Origin: Nemertoderma westbladi
Taxonomy: Eukaryota > Animalia > Xenacoelomorpha
Direction: 5' to 3'
DNA: 64,000 nucleotides
NCBI GenBank assembly: GCA_032718475.1
Contig: JAUCBJ010001416.1
Span: forward strand, 101,361-165,360
Under the pieces are notes generated by a model. That model saw only the letters and a program-made list of their open reading frames with translations, searched no databases and was not told the DNA's origin. Shown here piece after piece: positions 20,679 to 33,893 of the stretch (position 1 is its first letter; the number at the start of each line of letters is the position of its first letter). A program made the translations under genes and the position numbers.

Positions 20679-21951
20679 TGTACGCGCTTTTGAAGACCTT
20701 TAGCAGTTTAACCTGCCAAAATTTATATGTCTTTTGGTTTACAAATAGACTTTAGAAGTTGACAAATATTTAATACCAATAAACACAACATTAGCAGAAG
20801 CCAGCCTAGTGCGCGTCCATTCACCCGCTGGATATACCCGGGAGACTGGATTCTGAGGGCTTAGATTATTATTGCAGTGTAAGCTTACTGTATTATTCGA
20901 TTGATCGTTAATAAAGAATTTCTGACTAATATTATTCACTTTCGGGAAATATTAACAGTTCCTTTAGGACGTGGCGCTCTATCTAGGTAAACAGAGATAT
21001 GACTTATACTAATCACAACGGCAAGTCGGTAAGGCTTATGATTCACGTATGAGGCGCATTCTTTAGGAAATGCTTAGTTATCAGTCACAATCATGCACAC
21101 TACCGGTAACACACAATACTGCTCACTAATTTGCCGACCGTCAATGAATTTTATCATATATAAAGCGAACAGCAATTGACTCATGTAGTGCTTATGAAAT
21201 AGCATTAAATTCACTACAAACAACAACAATATAAGTCGCAATCGCTATATATAACCCGTCTCTCTAACCTGTAGTGTATCAAGAAAATTGGGAAATTTGG
21301 GTTCTTTATAAATGTTCTCCAAATAATATTCAACCAACTAGATAGAAAAACACAACAGTAAAGCATTAAGACGGTAGGTTAAGATATGATATGTTATGAA
21401 TTGAACTGATATGAACCGATATGTGATATGATATGTTAAGATAACAGTTATACGCTCTATAATTTAAGCCTACTAATGTTTCTTCTAAAGTATGAAAACG
21501 AGTTGACTCTAGAGCCGATGTTCCTGGCCTAGATAGAAACAACACAACAGTATCAAGAAAAAACAGTAAGACTGAACACTCCTAGTATCATCGGCCGAAT
21601 ATCTCCACATCGACAGAAAAAATCGCTCTGATTGGCTTAAGCTAAACAAAGAACCATGTGTCCAATGGCCGTTTCCATGTCAGCAACCAGCTGTTAGATG
21701 TCGCAATCTGAATCATCAAGGCTAAGCTGTGTAAGGGTATTTGGTGCATTGCGGGTTTTTTGCCTTACCATGCCCTCCAAAGCACGTATATAGAAGAATG
21801 ACTTTTATGTCCGTTAAAACACCTATAACGGTACCTTGCGGGCGAGGGGGACATATATATAGTTAGAGAGCCTTTTAGAGTATTCCAGCGCCTGGGGGGA
21901 AACTGGATTGCGAAGCAAAAGGGCCAGTTATATCCCACAGAAGCTTTTACA
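20679..21951 (-). repeat. 5' LTR (1273 bp)
   Basis: Near-identical to 9132-10405; followed on the plus strand by TSD GGGGC. Confidence 0.97.
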
Positions 21952-23362
21952 GGGGCTATGTTTAATCAAGTCTTATCAATGTCAACCAGTCGAGATGTAC
22001 TGTAGAATCATCTTTAACATTCTCAATATCAGCAAACCTGGATTCCATCTCTAATCTTAATGTGCAAATGAGAATACATCTGATTGCGAATGAGATTAAT
22101 TATTTGAAGCGGATAACAACAATTGCAATTCAACAACTTCCTATTACAGGTCATCTTTATCTTTTTCCAGCTTGGCAATATAGACGGCCTACCAGCGCAA
22201 ACATCACAGATAAAACCGTTTGAGTAGATGTTGTTGTCCTCCTTAGCTATCTGAACTTCAAGCACTACAGTAAGTTTTTAGTTTATTAATTATTTACTAT
22301 TTATACTGTAATTACGTTTTATAATAAATTGTTCTGTACATTACATCTTTATCGATGAGTCGGACATTGTCACGCTCTCGGTAAAGCTGTACATGTACAT
22401 AGTGTAATTACGTTTTATATTGGTTTTAGGTTAGCGTAGTGTAATATTGTATTTGTAACCAAGTAACATAAAGGACCCCCTTGGAAATAAGCTGCAAAGC
22501 TTTAGGGGTAATCCTATATTGTTATGTTGGACAATACCTTTATACCGGTACATTGTTTGGTGTATTTGTTATTGTTTTTACATAATGTATAAATAAATAT
22601 ATCTATCTACTGCATAGGTTTACGGGGATCTGACCTACCGGATCGGTATTGATCTCCCCCCCCCCCCCCGCTTGGTGTTGGGCCCTTTAGAGTGGTGCAA
22701 TTTGTACTTTGTGCTATAAGGTGTTTTATATCTACTATATTTGGCTAATATACTAATTTAATTTTTTATTATCTATCTACTGCCTGTTTTTTTTAGTTGA
22801 CACTTTTTGAGCCAGTACCACTTAAGTGTATTTATTCTTACCAAGAATACCAACCCCATTAATTGACAAGCCATCTTAATATTTTTAGATTTTTAAATTT
22901 TAGATTTAGTAGTAGATTTTGAGTATATAGTGGATCTCTGTTTGTCGCGATTCATGATAAACTGCTGGATAGTATATCAAACAAGATCTCAAGTAATAAT
23001 TAATATCAAATAATACAAATTTCAATTGTAAGACGTAAGTATTGATTTCTAAAATGTTGTCCTGACCAAGCAGCCAAATAAATAGTATGTACCAGAATTA
23101 TACTGATACATTCATAGAGCAGTATTCTGATCTGGAATAATTCATATCCAGACATCATGTTTACGTACTTCCAGCTCCACTGTTGAGTTCAATCAATTTA
23201 TCTTAACACTTGGTTTATTAAACTGCAGGTGAACCGACAATAAACAATAAAGTTTGTAGGCAGAAGCTGATTACAAATCAGACTATCCCTGTAATGGGTT
23301 AGCAGTTAAATTTTTAATCAGCAGTGTAAAATTTTTGTAAAATGTCACAGTATAACTTTCTG

Positions 23363-23610
23363 AGACAGGGGGAGAGGGGGGGAACTGGACGCAAACCCGC
23401 CTTGGCGAATTAATATCCCGTCTCAATGTTAAATTCTCAATTTAGGGAAAGGAGCAGGTTACAGTGGCACGTTATTTTAACCAAAACAATAAACTACACA
23501 CAATAGAACAGGTTACAGTTTGATTTTTGAGAGTAATCAGCTGTTATTTGCGTCGAATTTCCCCTGGAGAGGGATGAATTTTTATTCCGTCCAGTTTCCC
23601 CCCCTATCTG
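23363..23610 (+). mobile_element. ~250-bp MITE with G-run/C-run ends
   Basis: GGGGAACTGGACG ... CGTCCAGTTTCCCC inverted ends; colinear with 56005-56286. Confidence 0.75.
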
Positions 23611-25896
23611 AACGTTCTAGCAATTTTCTTCACTACTTCTGAACGAAATGAATTAAACATTAAAGAAAATTACCTCGGCCACCGCAAACTACTGTAGTAC
23701 AGTATGATGTATAATATTTTAATCATAGTCATAAAAAATAAAACAGCAAAAATTAATTGCAAATTAAATTATAGACCAACAGCCATTGAGAGTTTGTCGA
23801 AACTGGTAATAATTATTAATTATTCATAATAATATTATATAATCAAATCTATCTACACTACATATTCAATTTGCATTATTAGAAAACTTGGAATTGATAC
23901 GTGTGTGTATACTACATGTTATTCTTTAAAAGGGGTGCTTTAGAATTATAAACAATTGTTGATTACTTTTCTTGACACTTCTTAACAGCTGATGAACATA
24001 GTAAACGTTTAAAATACAGATATATAAAATGGTAAAATAACCCACTACCCATGAGTAAAATATCCTTGTAAACTGTCCTCAACACCACCGTTGTACTGAG
24101 TTGTATCAACGACTAAGCAATAATAATGGAAAGTAAGTTTAGAGTGACAAGTCTAATACACCATGTCATGTACTTAGTATAGGGACTTTAACCCCCCCCC
24201 CCCCCCCCTCCCCCCCAAAAAAAATTATAAAAATCTTCATGAATTCATTCTTTAGTTACAAGTGTCGCCACAATGTCACAAAAATGTGTCGCCAGTATTC
24301 ACCAGTCAGTCTTACTTAAGCTGTTACACATCTTTACATTCTTCATTATATAGGCCTAATATAATAGCTATTTAATTGCTTGCTTGCTTACAATAATGGT
24401 TTGCACCAAGCAAGCAAATTAAATCAACTTATAAATTATGAAGGGGGTGTTTTATATATTGGGGCGGGTACGGGGGCGGGGGCGGGGGCGGGGGGGGGGG
24501 GGCTTTGCTTTAGTGTATTAGTTATTTATTCTATATCTGTATATTATCGACCTGCTGCATTGCAGCTACGCCGGCTCATCCAGAAAATTGTGCCGCCACG
24601 ACGCCCATGACTTTCGCGAGATTATCCGCATCGCATCTTCAAGACCGGTGTTATATATAAGCAGTTAGTGGCGTAAATTGACCGCAATTGACAAAAGTCA
24701 TCTTCAGTGCAAATTTGTCGCATTTGAAATAAAGTTTTGTGGGGCGAACCACGCAGGAAAGGCGAGCATTAGCGCACAATTATAATTAGAAAATAGCGCA
24801 AAATTTCTTGTCCACCTGTTGTCTGTCTGTCTGTTATTAAAAATTCATTCGTAAATAACTTTTGAAAATTTTAACAATTTTCAACCAAATTTTGTATGGG
24901 CACAATAGAGAAAAAGTTACAATATTTTTTAAAGTTAAGGGCAAATACCTCTCGAACTTTTGACTCCAGATCAAATCGAACTTATTTTTAAGAAAGTCAT
25001 GGTCTGTCCAGTGCTTATTTAATCGTTGATGTTAGCAATATAAAACAATCTATAAATAATAAATAGATTCCATGAGAATGTTAACAATTAAATATGCCTT
25101 TTTATTTGTATTCGATGATAAATATTTTTCATTTTTTTTCCCTCTTGAATACGGGCAACAAATAATTAATACCCAACAGCAACATGTACCGGAACCGGAC
25201 ACCTAAGAAAACAACAATAATAACTTCAACAACAAAAACCATGGCGACGGCAGATTCATTGAAATTATTACCAACAATGATAAATATTGGTGAATGAAAC
25301 TTTCGATAAAAAATATATCAAAATTACATGAGGGTTGCACGCACCAAAGAACACACAAGTAACACTAACTAAAACACAAAGCCAAAATAAACAACTGTAT
25401 TAACCAAAGCCTCGACGGAATGCCAACTAGACAATGAATAACCGCCAACTTAAGTACAAATATATAATATCTTGGAATCAGGGGGAAAGTAATTATTAAT
25501 GAATTACAACATCCTCATAAAATAATATGGTTTTAATAAAAAATACATTCTGTTATACAATAAATCCATTTACATATTTTTTTTCACTACCTCCCAAAAT
25601 CCAATGTGACGCTTTTCCAGAATAATTCAATCTCTATTCCAGAATAACGGCTACTATTGATAATATTGAGTACTGACTTCCTACTCTAGTGCAATATAGA
25701 ACTTTATTAGAAAACAGGTATAGAATATACACCAGGACCCGTAATATAGTGTAAAATTTTTCTACAAATCTTTAATCATATTGTTTGAAATTTGAAACAC
25801 AACTAGTTCAACTCACCGTGGTTGTTACCATGAAGCCGGAATTTTCGATTTTGCCTTTAAATTTGTTGATAATCCTTTTGAAAAGGTGTCTTTTGC

Positions 25897-26783
25897 GAAA
25901 TTGCACCATCCATATCGTCACCATTCATCACATTAGTCGTAATTTTTCATATCAATATAAAGCTTGCGTTCCAAGGATTCCAAATATGTAACAATATCTG
26001 AATTTCGTTAAGAAACAGCTGAGATATAGGCGTTCAAAGATTGCAAGAATTATTGTTCGCTGCAGGCCATTTATTCTATTTAATAACTACACAAAATTCT
26101 AGAACGTGTTATTTATTTTATGAGTTGGTAGGCGACAGCGGTATGCCTATCCAATATATATATTGCGGAGAAAATCATACATAAGAAATAATTATTAAAT
26201 ATAATCCAAACCAATGAAACTAAATCAATTAGCACAATAAATAATTAGTAAGGACGCCAGACAATAACATTTCACCAAAGTTCCACTCAACAGTTTCTCC
26301 ACCGCCGTTCCCCGTTCGTTCCACCAATCGCCACGCCTCGTTGGCCCCGCCCCAATCACTGGCGCCTCCAGTCGAGGGGGTAGTCTACCCTGTGGCGGGA
26401 GTGGCAGTGGGCGCAACTGCGGCGGAAGGTGTCGTAGCCGCCCACTCGTCGACGGCACAGTCCTCACCGAATCCCGCAGTCGGTTGGGTCTTCATATCGG
26501 CGTGGTTCCCCTCAATCCGGAGCCGTCCCCGAATCCGAGTCGTTAGCTATTTATACATTGTTATACATTTGTTCCAGAACATTGGGTATTAATTATATAG
26601 AATAAATGGCCTCCACAGAACAATTAATAATTCTTGCAATCTTTTAACGCCTATATCTCAGCTGTTTCTCAACGAAATTTAGACATTGTTACATATTTGG
26701 AATCCTTGCAACGCAAGCTTTTTAATGATATGAAAAATTGCGACTAATATGAAGAATGGCGACGATACGGAATCGCCGAATTC
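25897..26783. mobile_element. Foldback-like element with ~190-bp inverted arms around a GC-rich core
   Basis: 25897-26085 is the imperfect reverse complement of 26588-26783; a fragment of the arm recurs at ~56640-56780. No TSD resolved. Confidence 0.75.
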
Positions 26784-27142
26784 TGAGAACAAATACTTAA
26801 GTGATGTTGTTATGTTACCGGTATATTAAGATTAGGCCTTTTGCAAATAACAATAAGTTCAAATACTGACGATATATTAAATAACATTAATCAATTAAAA
26901 TAAACAAGTAATAACACCGGTACACCAATACCCACAGACAATGAAAAAATATATTATTAGCTCAACATTGTTTCTATGTATTGAACTGATAGACTATTAA
27001 TTCTTCCTACAGTTACAGCGACCTGCACGCACGCACAGACTATAGGAGCTATATTGGTATAATTTATTAATAATAACGTTTAATTATTACTAAAAAAAAT
27101 ACATTTTTTACATTGCAATTTAATATATTTAGTGTTACTTAT

Positions 27143-27735
27143 GGATCGGATATCCTGTAAACTTTTTCGAATGCCCGGCCGGATATTAAACCCTACCGGA
27201 TATCCGGCCGGATATTAAAACCTACCGGATATCCGGCCGGATGTTAAATCCTACCGGATATCTGGCCGGATATTAAATCCTACCGGATATCTGGCCGGAT
27301 ATTAAATCCTAGCGGATATCCGGCCGGATATTAAATCCCACCGGAATTCCGGCCGGATATTAAACCCTACCGGATATCCGGCCGGATATTATACCCTACC
27401 AGATATTAAATCCTACCGGATATCCGGTCGGATATTAAATCCTACCGGATATCCGGCCAGGATATTAAATCCTACCGGATATCCGGCCGGATATTAAACC
27501 CTACCGGATATCCGGCCGGATATTATACCCTACCGGATATTAAATCCTACCGGATATCCGGCCGGATATTAAATCCTACCAGATATCCAGCCGGATATTA
27601 AATCCTACCGGATATCCGGCCAGGATATTAAACCCTACCGGATATCCGGCCGGATATTATACCCTACCGGATATTAAATCCTACAGGATATCCGGCCAGG
27701 ATATTAAACCCTACCGGATATCCGATGCACCCCTA
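27143..27735. repeat. 29-bp tandem array (GGATATTAAAYCCTACCGGATATCCGGCC) abutting an hAT-like end
   Basis: About 20 full and shortened units; the right end TGCACCCCTA reads TAGGGGTGCA on the minus strand, an hAT-type terminus. Confidence 0.9.
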
Positions 27736-27942
27736 ATGAGAACCATAATGTTACTTTAATTTACATAAAGATGTGAAACTATTAAAATAAAAATAAAAAA
27801 GGAAATGTAAGTGTTTATAGCGGTTCTTACAATCTTTACAGCGTGCAGAGCAGCACAAAATAATATGACGAGTGTACAAAAACTCTATAAATCGCCATAT
27901 ATTTGTGTTTAATTTATTATTCTAACCAAAAACACAGGAATA

Positions 27943-28341
27943 TTAAACAACCCTCCGAACCTCGAAGAATCGCTTAAGATAGTAGATCTGTCCGAGAGTC
28001 ATACAGACGAGGACGACGGCCTCGAAGAATGCCCAGAGTACGACGCGACTGTTGGTGTTGTCGTTAATGGAACGGTGTATACGCTCTCGCACCTCCATGT
28101 ACTCCTGCTCGTGTTTAACCGAAGTCAACGATGACGACAACTCCTGTATCATGTCCTCGAGTTTATTCTGACTCTCAGCATCCTCACCTTCCTGGCGTTG
28201 CGCGATCAGCCGCTCCCCTTTATCCATAGAGAACATGACGACCTTTGGTGTTCGCGTGGACATTCCGTTGCTGAAACAGTAGCGATAAATCCCGTCGGAC
28301 TGAGCTGCGAACGTGTACTTCCCGTTGGATTCACGCTCCCC
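27943..28341 (-). CDS. TMED2: Transmembrane emp24 domain protein 2 (p24beta), exon 2
   Basis: [37 protein letters not shown]...[30 protein letters not shown]...[10 protein letters not shown]; acceptor AG at 28343-28342. Confidence 0.95.
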   Translation of the reverse strand, partial: GERESNGKYTFAAQSDGIYRYCFSNGMSTRTPKVVMFSMDKGERLIAQRQEGEDAESQNKLEDMIQELSSSLTSVKHEQEYMEVRERIHRSINDNTNSRVVLWAFFEAVVLVCMTLGQIYYLKRFFEVRRVV

Positions 28342-28774
28342 CTTAAATGTGTTAATAAATATATGAGAGAATAGTGAGAAAATTCCCTAGGTATTTAATT
28401 GTTTTGTAATAGGTATGTAATTAACTCGGAAATATAGGGTTAAAAAAACACCCCGCAGCAACTCAAACATTCTTGTAGATGATAAAAATTGTTTTACCAA
28501 GAAAATGGGAATTTAAATAAGATTGCGACAGAAACTTTAAGTTCTTATATTGTCTAGGCCTACTCATTACACATTATTCGTCTCACCCTCACCAAACAAG
28601 AACAAAGCAATCTTCCATCTTATTATATTTTATATAATGGATGCATTGGCATCCATGAAAAGACTAGATTTAAATAATGCTTTAAAATTTAACACAAGTA
28701 TGCAGGAGTAAGGCCTACTGATAGGGGTACCGGCTGACCGGTATACTAATAGGCAGATATCTGGATGTAGGAAC

Positions 28775-28990
28775 CTTGTATATAATCGCGCCGTCCGGTC
28801 CTGTAATCTTCACATCGATGTCCAGGAAACCGCCCTGTGAGACCTCGAACATTAGACCCATCTTGGTTCCCCTGGAGACCTGATCGAAGAAGCACTGTTC
28901 ATCCTGGGCGTCAATGTCGATAAAATATGCGGAGGTTAACGGGAAAATAACCAAACAGAGAAAGGAGGGAACAACAATAAAGTTGTTCAT
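28775..28990 (-). CDS. TMED2: Transmembrane emp24 domain protein 2 (p24beta), exon 1
   Basis: ATG at 28990; signal peptide then [47 protein letters not shown]; donor GT at 28774-28773; joins exon 2 in phase 0 to give 204 aa. Confidence 0.93.
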
Positions 28991-29823
28991 CTTCACCTGT
29001 CACTTCCTGTCTATAACTCTGTAAGTCTCTACTCTACGGTAGCGGTCAAGTTCTACCGGTGCCGGTACACTCGCTAATATTTTATATTTTTTATTTAATA
29101 ATTTCTTTAATCGAACCAGCACGGCATCTGTCAGTCGTTGGACAGGTCAGCAGGTGGAAGTGGTGCGGTTGCGGTACTGTATGCAGGTTGGGAGGGCGTA
29201 CGGCAGTTCGGTTAAATTAAACAGTTAAACCAGTAAACTGGTAAACGACATGTACTGACCTGACTGACTGACGTACAGCTACAGACTGACTGACGTACAA
29301 CAGACTGACTGACGTACAGAGACAGACTGACCGACGTACAGACTGACTGACGTACAATTTAAGGCTAGGATGCAGGAAGGCTAAAACGTCTGTCCTTATA
29401 GTTATATGATCTGATCTGACGGGATCTGTCACCCGATCTGACACTTGTTCCACCTTAGTGTTGTGGTTTATACTATCTGACTATATATATACTATACTAT
29501 TTATATAAAACCAAAACGGAGACTCAGGATAAAACACGGACATACAGTAGGCCTATAATAATATTTACCTAACTGTCTGTTAGGTAAATAGCCAATAGGG
29601 GATCAGGTTGCCATGTTACGTATCAGTATCATCATATGTCATATTGAGGGAAAGGAGCAGGTTACAGAGGCAAGCTTTTCTAACCAAAACAATAAACGAT
29701 TTTGTTACCTACTGACCTACCTCCTACATACCAATCTGTCAATTGAGGGAAAGGAGAACGTTCCCGAGTCGCAACCGAGGCTGTTTTTCTAACCAAAACA
29801 ATAAACAACCATCCGGCCACTTC

Positions 29824-32800
29824 CCCTATTGAAAAGTTTTACATGTACGCCGAACACGTTCGGCGCAGCACTAGAACTTGCGCCGGGAGCTGGCGCAGAA
29901 ATTTGCTACGCCGGGTAATGAGCCGGAAGGGTCGGCGCAGAGATGTGCTACGCCGGCGTAGCCGGCGGAGCACTGACAATGATAGAGATGCTGCGCTCGG
30001 CGCAGCAGGCGTCGAAATATTCCCGGCGTCGTCGCTGCCAAATTGACCAGGCGCCGGAGCAGGAATCAGCCCAGCACACCCGGCGTACATATTTGCCTGG
30101 CGCAGAAATCAGCCGAACCTAGCACCAGGCAGACAGTGAGACTGATACAGCATGACAACAGACATGCGTTCATCAGACCATCCACCATCAGCAGAGCAAC
30201 ACAATAAAACCAACTGGCCATGCAGGAGGCAGAATGGAAACTCACACTGGCTGACTGCAACTGGTCATTTATTTACGTATTTAGCCTTATGCTGTTATGA
30301 AGTAGGCAGGTCAGCAGGTAGGCTATCACAGTTCCAGCTATCAGCTGATCAGTCATCATTGCTAATGGTTAGTCAGTTTATTTATTTACATATTGCTGTG
30401 CTGTATTGTATAAGCTATATTTATATTATATTATATTATTTGGATGGAGACACCGCTGTCATAGAAGCGTATAAATAAAACTGCACATAATAAAACAGGA
30501 TAAAGTTGAACAGTGAATAAAACAAAACGACTTATACTATGGCAATGGCACTATTGATAATGAAGCAATTTATTACTGACACACAGGCCTTACAGGCTGA
30601 TCTAGACGCTAGTGGAATGTTGTAACCATTGGAAATTGCAGTTCAGCAGTTCAATGACTCCAAGTGCAAGGTAATGCATCTAGGTTCTAGAAATCCCCAA
30701 GCAACTTTTTACACAATGAATGGACGGACACTTTTATTGGCAACCGAGGAACGTGATTTGGGAATTACATTTACACCAAACTTGTCCTTCACAACTCACT
30801 GCACAAAGACTGCAGCCCGTGCCATATGCGAGTTGTCCATTTAATACGAAGAACCTTTACATATTTGGAAGCTCCGATGTTTACCCTCTGACGCTGGACG
30901 CTCTGACCCTGTTATACAAATCCCTTGTTCGGCCTCTCCTTGAATACGAATCGTCTTGAACAAGTACAACCCCGTGCCACAGTTGTCATATGAAAACTGA
31001 CTACGTGCATTCAAACTACCGAAATTAATATATCGCCGTGTACTAGCCGACCTTATAACAACATAAAAGTTTATCCACGGGATTGACAATATTGAGCGAA
31101 GTAATTTCTTCCAGTTTCGTTCTGAACTCGACCAATACTCAACACGAGGCTCTTTCTTGGCGCTGTACAAAGTTCGAACTATAGGATAGAACTATTCAAA
31201 GGAGATGCAACAACTTTGCAGACAGCGTTGTAAACATTTGGAGTCCTTTACCATTACCGGAAAGTGTTGTTAATGCACGTAATACCCTTGGTACTCCATG
31301 ATTGAGCATATTCAAAAATAGACTAGACTGCGAAATGTCCCTTAAAATGAATATATAGTGATACTCCTGTGCGCCAAGTGGCAGTAGCGAAAGCAACATC
31401 TTTCGGATACAACGATTTCTTTATTAAAATCTACATAGCTACATAGCTTATTATTTTCATTTTTTTCAATCCCAAAAAATATTTTTTTGTATGTTAAATT
31501 TTAAAATAGTGTTATTTTATGTTTAATTGTTATCCTATCTTTTGTAGTTACTTTACTTTGCACGTTTTATTTCAGCAGTAATATTTTACCTGTATCTATG
31601 CGACATACCTACGGTACCAAATTTATGTTACGTATAACTACGTATTTTTGTGTTGTTTGTATCCTATAGAGTATTGTAAACTTGTCCCTTATTAATATGT
31701 TTGCCTTTAGTACTGTACAGTATGTTGTTGAAGCCTTTAACCTAATGCTTTGCCGGATTTTAATTTAATTTTACTGTAATTTCATTTTTTTTAATAATTA
31801 ACATGCACCAACTGTAAGTACTGTAAATAAACTATAATTTTAATTATTTTACTAATTTTACCTGAATACCATTATCCGTATTTTTCTTACAATAGTATAT
31901 ACGCTTATTAGCGTACTTTGCCAGATATGTGTTCATTTTATATTAATCTACTGTACGTGTACGTACATGTGCAAATATTAATATTTTATTGTTATTCTGG
32001 CGATATTAATAAACATAACATACAGCTAGTCATTATTCATTCAGACATACCGTATCTGTAGCAGACGTATACCGGACCACAGTACGTAGTATGTTATGTA
32101 GTAAAGTAGAACGTAGTACATAAATACAAGGACTAGGCCTACTGAAGTAGTCTTTAATATTCTTTCTATAATTCATATTGTAAAATTTGAGTAATTTCAA
32201 AAAATGTACACTTTACTTGACAACAAAAATTTACATGCAGTGTTTCTTAAGTAGTTGTTTCGTAATGTTACACTTTTGGAATAAAACAATGCAACTACTG
32301 TATATACTTTTTGCTGAATTATTGCAGGAGTTAAAAGTATCACATTGTCCTAATCCAAATCAACTTGAGAGACAAAGAGCAACGTTTATTTATTTATTTT
32401 TCAGATACATCGCCAACACTTTCTTCTTTATGCTCATATTAAGTATACCGTAAAAAACTCTTAACCCAGTGGCCCCCTACTGTAAGAAATGTACATACGC
32501 CAAATGTCAATATGTGCGCCGCCTCGTCGGATTCCGAGTGGCCCACACCCGCTCAGGTGTGCCCACTGCGGATCTTCCGTAGTAAACCAATTTGGTCAGT
32601 TCAAATCCAAACATTCACTGGAGATCACCAAATGGGGCGCTATGTGAAGTACCGTGCAGACACGATGATACGATATCATGCAGTATTTAAATGAATACAT
32701 GTCTCTTGTAGGTACCATCAACTAAGACAGGGGAGGGGGGCGGGGCATATGTTTCATTACATACATATTTCATTCATTACATACGGTATACTATATGCAG

Positions 32801-33151
32801 GTGAAGTATTACTGTATTATAGATAACAGAATATACTAAAGGTACTGTACAGTATGTATCAGGGAGATTTTTATGTTTTATACCAGTCAGCCCGGTGCAG
32901 CTTTTAAGAGCCGGCGGAACATTTTTCACCCGGCGTAGCATTTTGCATTGCACAGAGCCAGCGCATGATTTTGCACCCGGCATGGGCGTGGGTTTGCACA
33001 GAGCCGGCGCAGGATTTTTTGCACCCGGCGTGGTTTTGCTCTAAGCCGGCGCAGGATTTTTTGCACCCGGCGTGGTTTTGCTCAGAGCCGGCGCAGGATT
33101 TTTGGCACCCGGCGCCGCGTTCGGCGCAGAAAATAAAACTTTTCAATAGGG
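29824..33151. mobile_element. 3.3-kb non-autonomous TIR element
   Basis: TIR CCCTATTGAAAAGTTTTA / TAAAACTTTTCAATAGGG; TSD GCCACTTC (8 bp, or GGCCACTTCC 10 bp if the ends are one base shorter); CCGGCGCA subterminal repeats at both ends. Confidence 0.85.
30585..31285 (+). pseudogene. CR1-clade LINE RT relic
   Basis: LQADLDA, FNDSKCKVMHLG, EERDLGI, LYKSLVRPLLEY, STRG, LPESVVNA in shifting frames with stops. Confidence 0.88.
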
Positions 33152-33893
33152 GCCACTTCCCCATCCAGCCACCTTTCCATACTGCACTGCCATAAGCTCA
33201 TCCACCACCTTCCCACATCCCCACCCGCCCACCTTGTTACTAACCGTCCAACTGACTGATGAACAGATCATCCGTCTGCCCGGGTCCGCCTCAAACTGTC
33301 AAAAAATAAAGGAAAGTTCCCTAATGATTGTGAATGGGCCAAATTCCTTTCCGATGTGTTTATTTATTCGCTGGGAAATGGAACCCTGTGAAACTTCACA
33401 TATCGGCGCATTTACATACACTGGCTGACTGGATTCCATAGGGCCTATCTCTTTATCCTGTCCAGCTGTCTGGCTGTCTCCTGTCTGCCTGATTGGTTAT
33501 AGGACAGCTGGACAGTCCACAGTCAGACACAGACAGTAGGATCAGCATCAGACAGTCAGATCAGGTTCAGATCAGACAGTCAGATAACTGGATAAGGACA
33601 GACGTTTTATTCTACTGTCTGACTGTTCTACCTCATCTAACTGCAAAACTGTCTAAGGCAGTCTGGCAGTACAGCAGTAGGTACCGGACCGGTCAGCCGG
33701 TGCGGTACCGGTGCGGCAACGGCAGCCGGTAGGTCTGTAGGTATTTCAGTATTTCCGTTATAACAATTACAAAAACCATAACTGCACAAAGCTGCAAAGC
33801 AGCAATAGCCTACTCAGTCAGTCAGTCAGTATCAGTAGGCTAGGCCTACCTCTGTACCTGCCTACAGAAAGGCAGGGCTGACAGACTGACAGA

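Larger units (their letters stand above)
9132..21951 (-). mobile_element. BEL/Pao (Belpaoviridae) LTR retrotransposon, two LTRs, defective
   Basis: TG...CA LTRs; 5-bp TSD GGGGC (9127-9131, 21952-21956); Gag with DUF1759-like region and triple CCHC; domain order PR-RT-RNaseH-IN typical of BEL/Pao. Confidence 0.97.

Noticed and set aside
21960-22265. Cys-containing 78-aa minus ORF beside the LTR, as a possibly disrupted host gene
   Set aside because: No recognisable family; stops follow, and no convincing continuation across the empty site.
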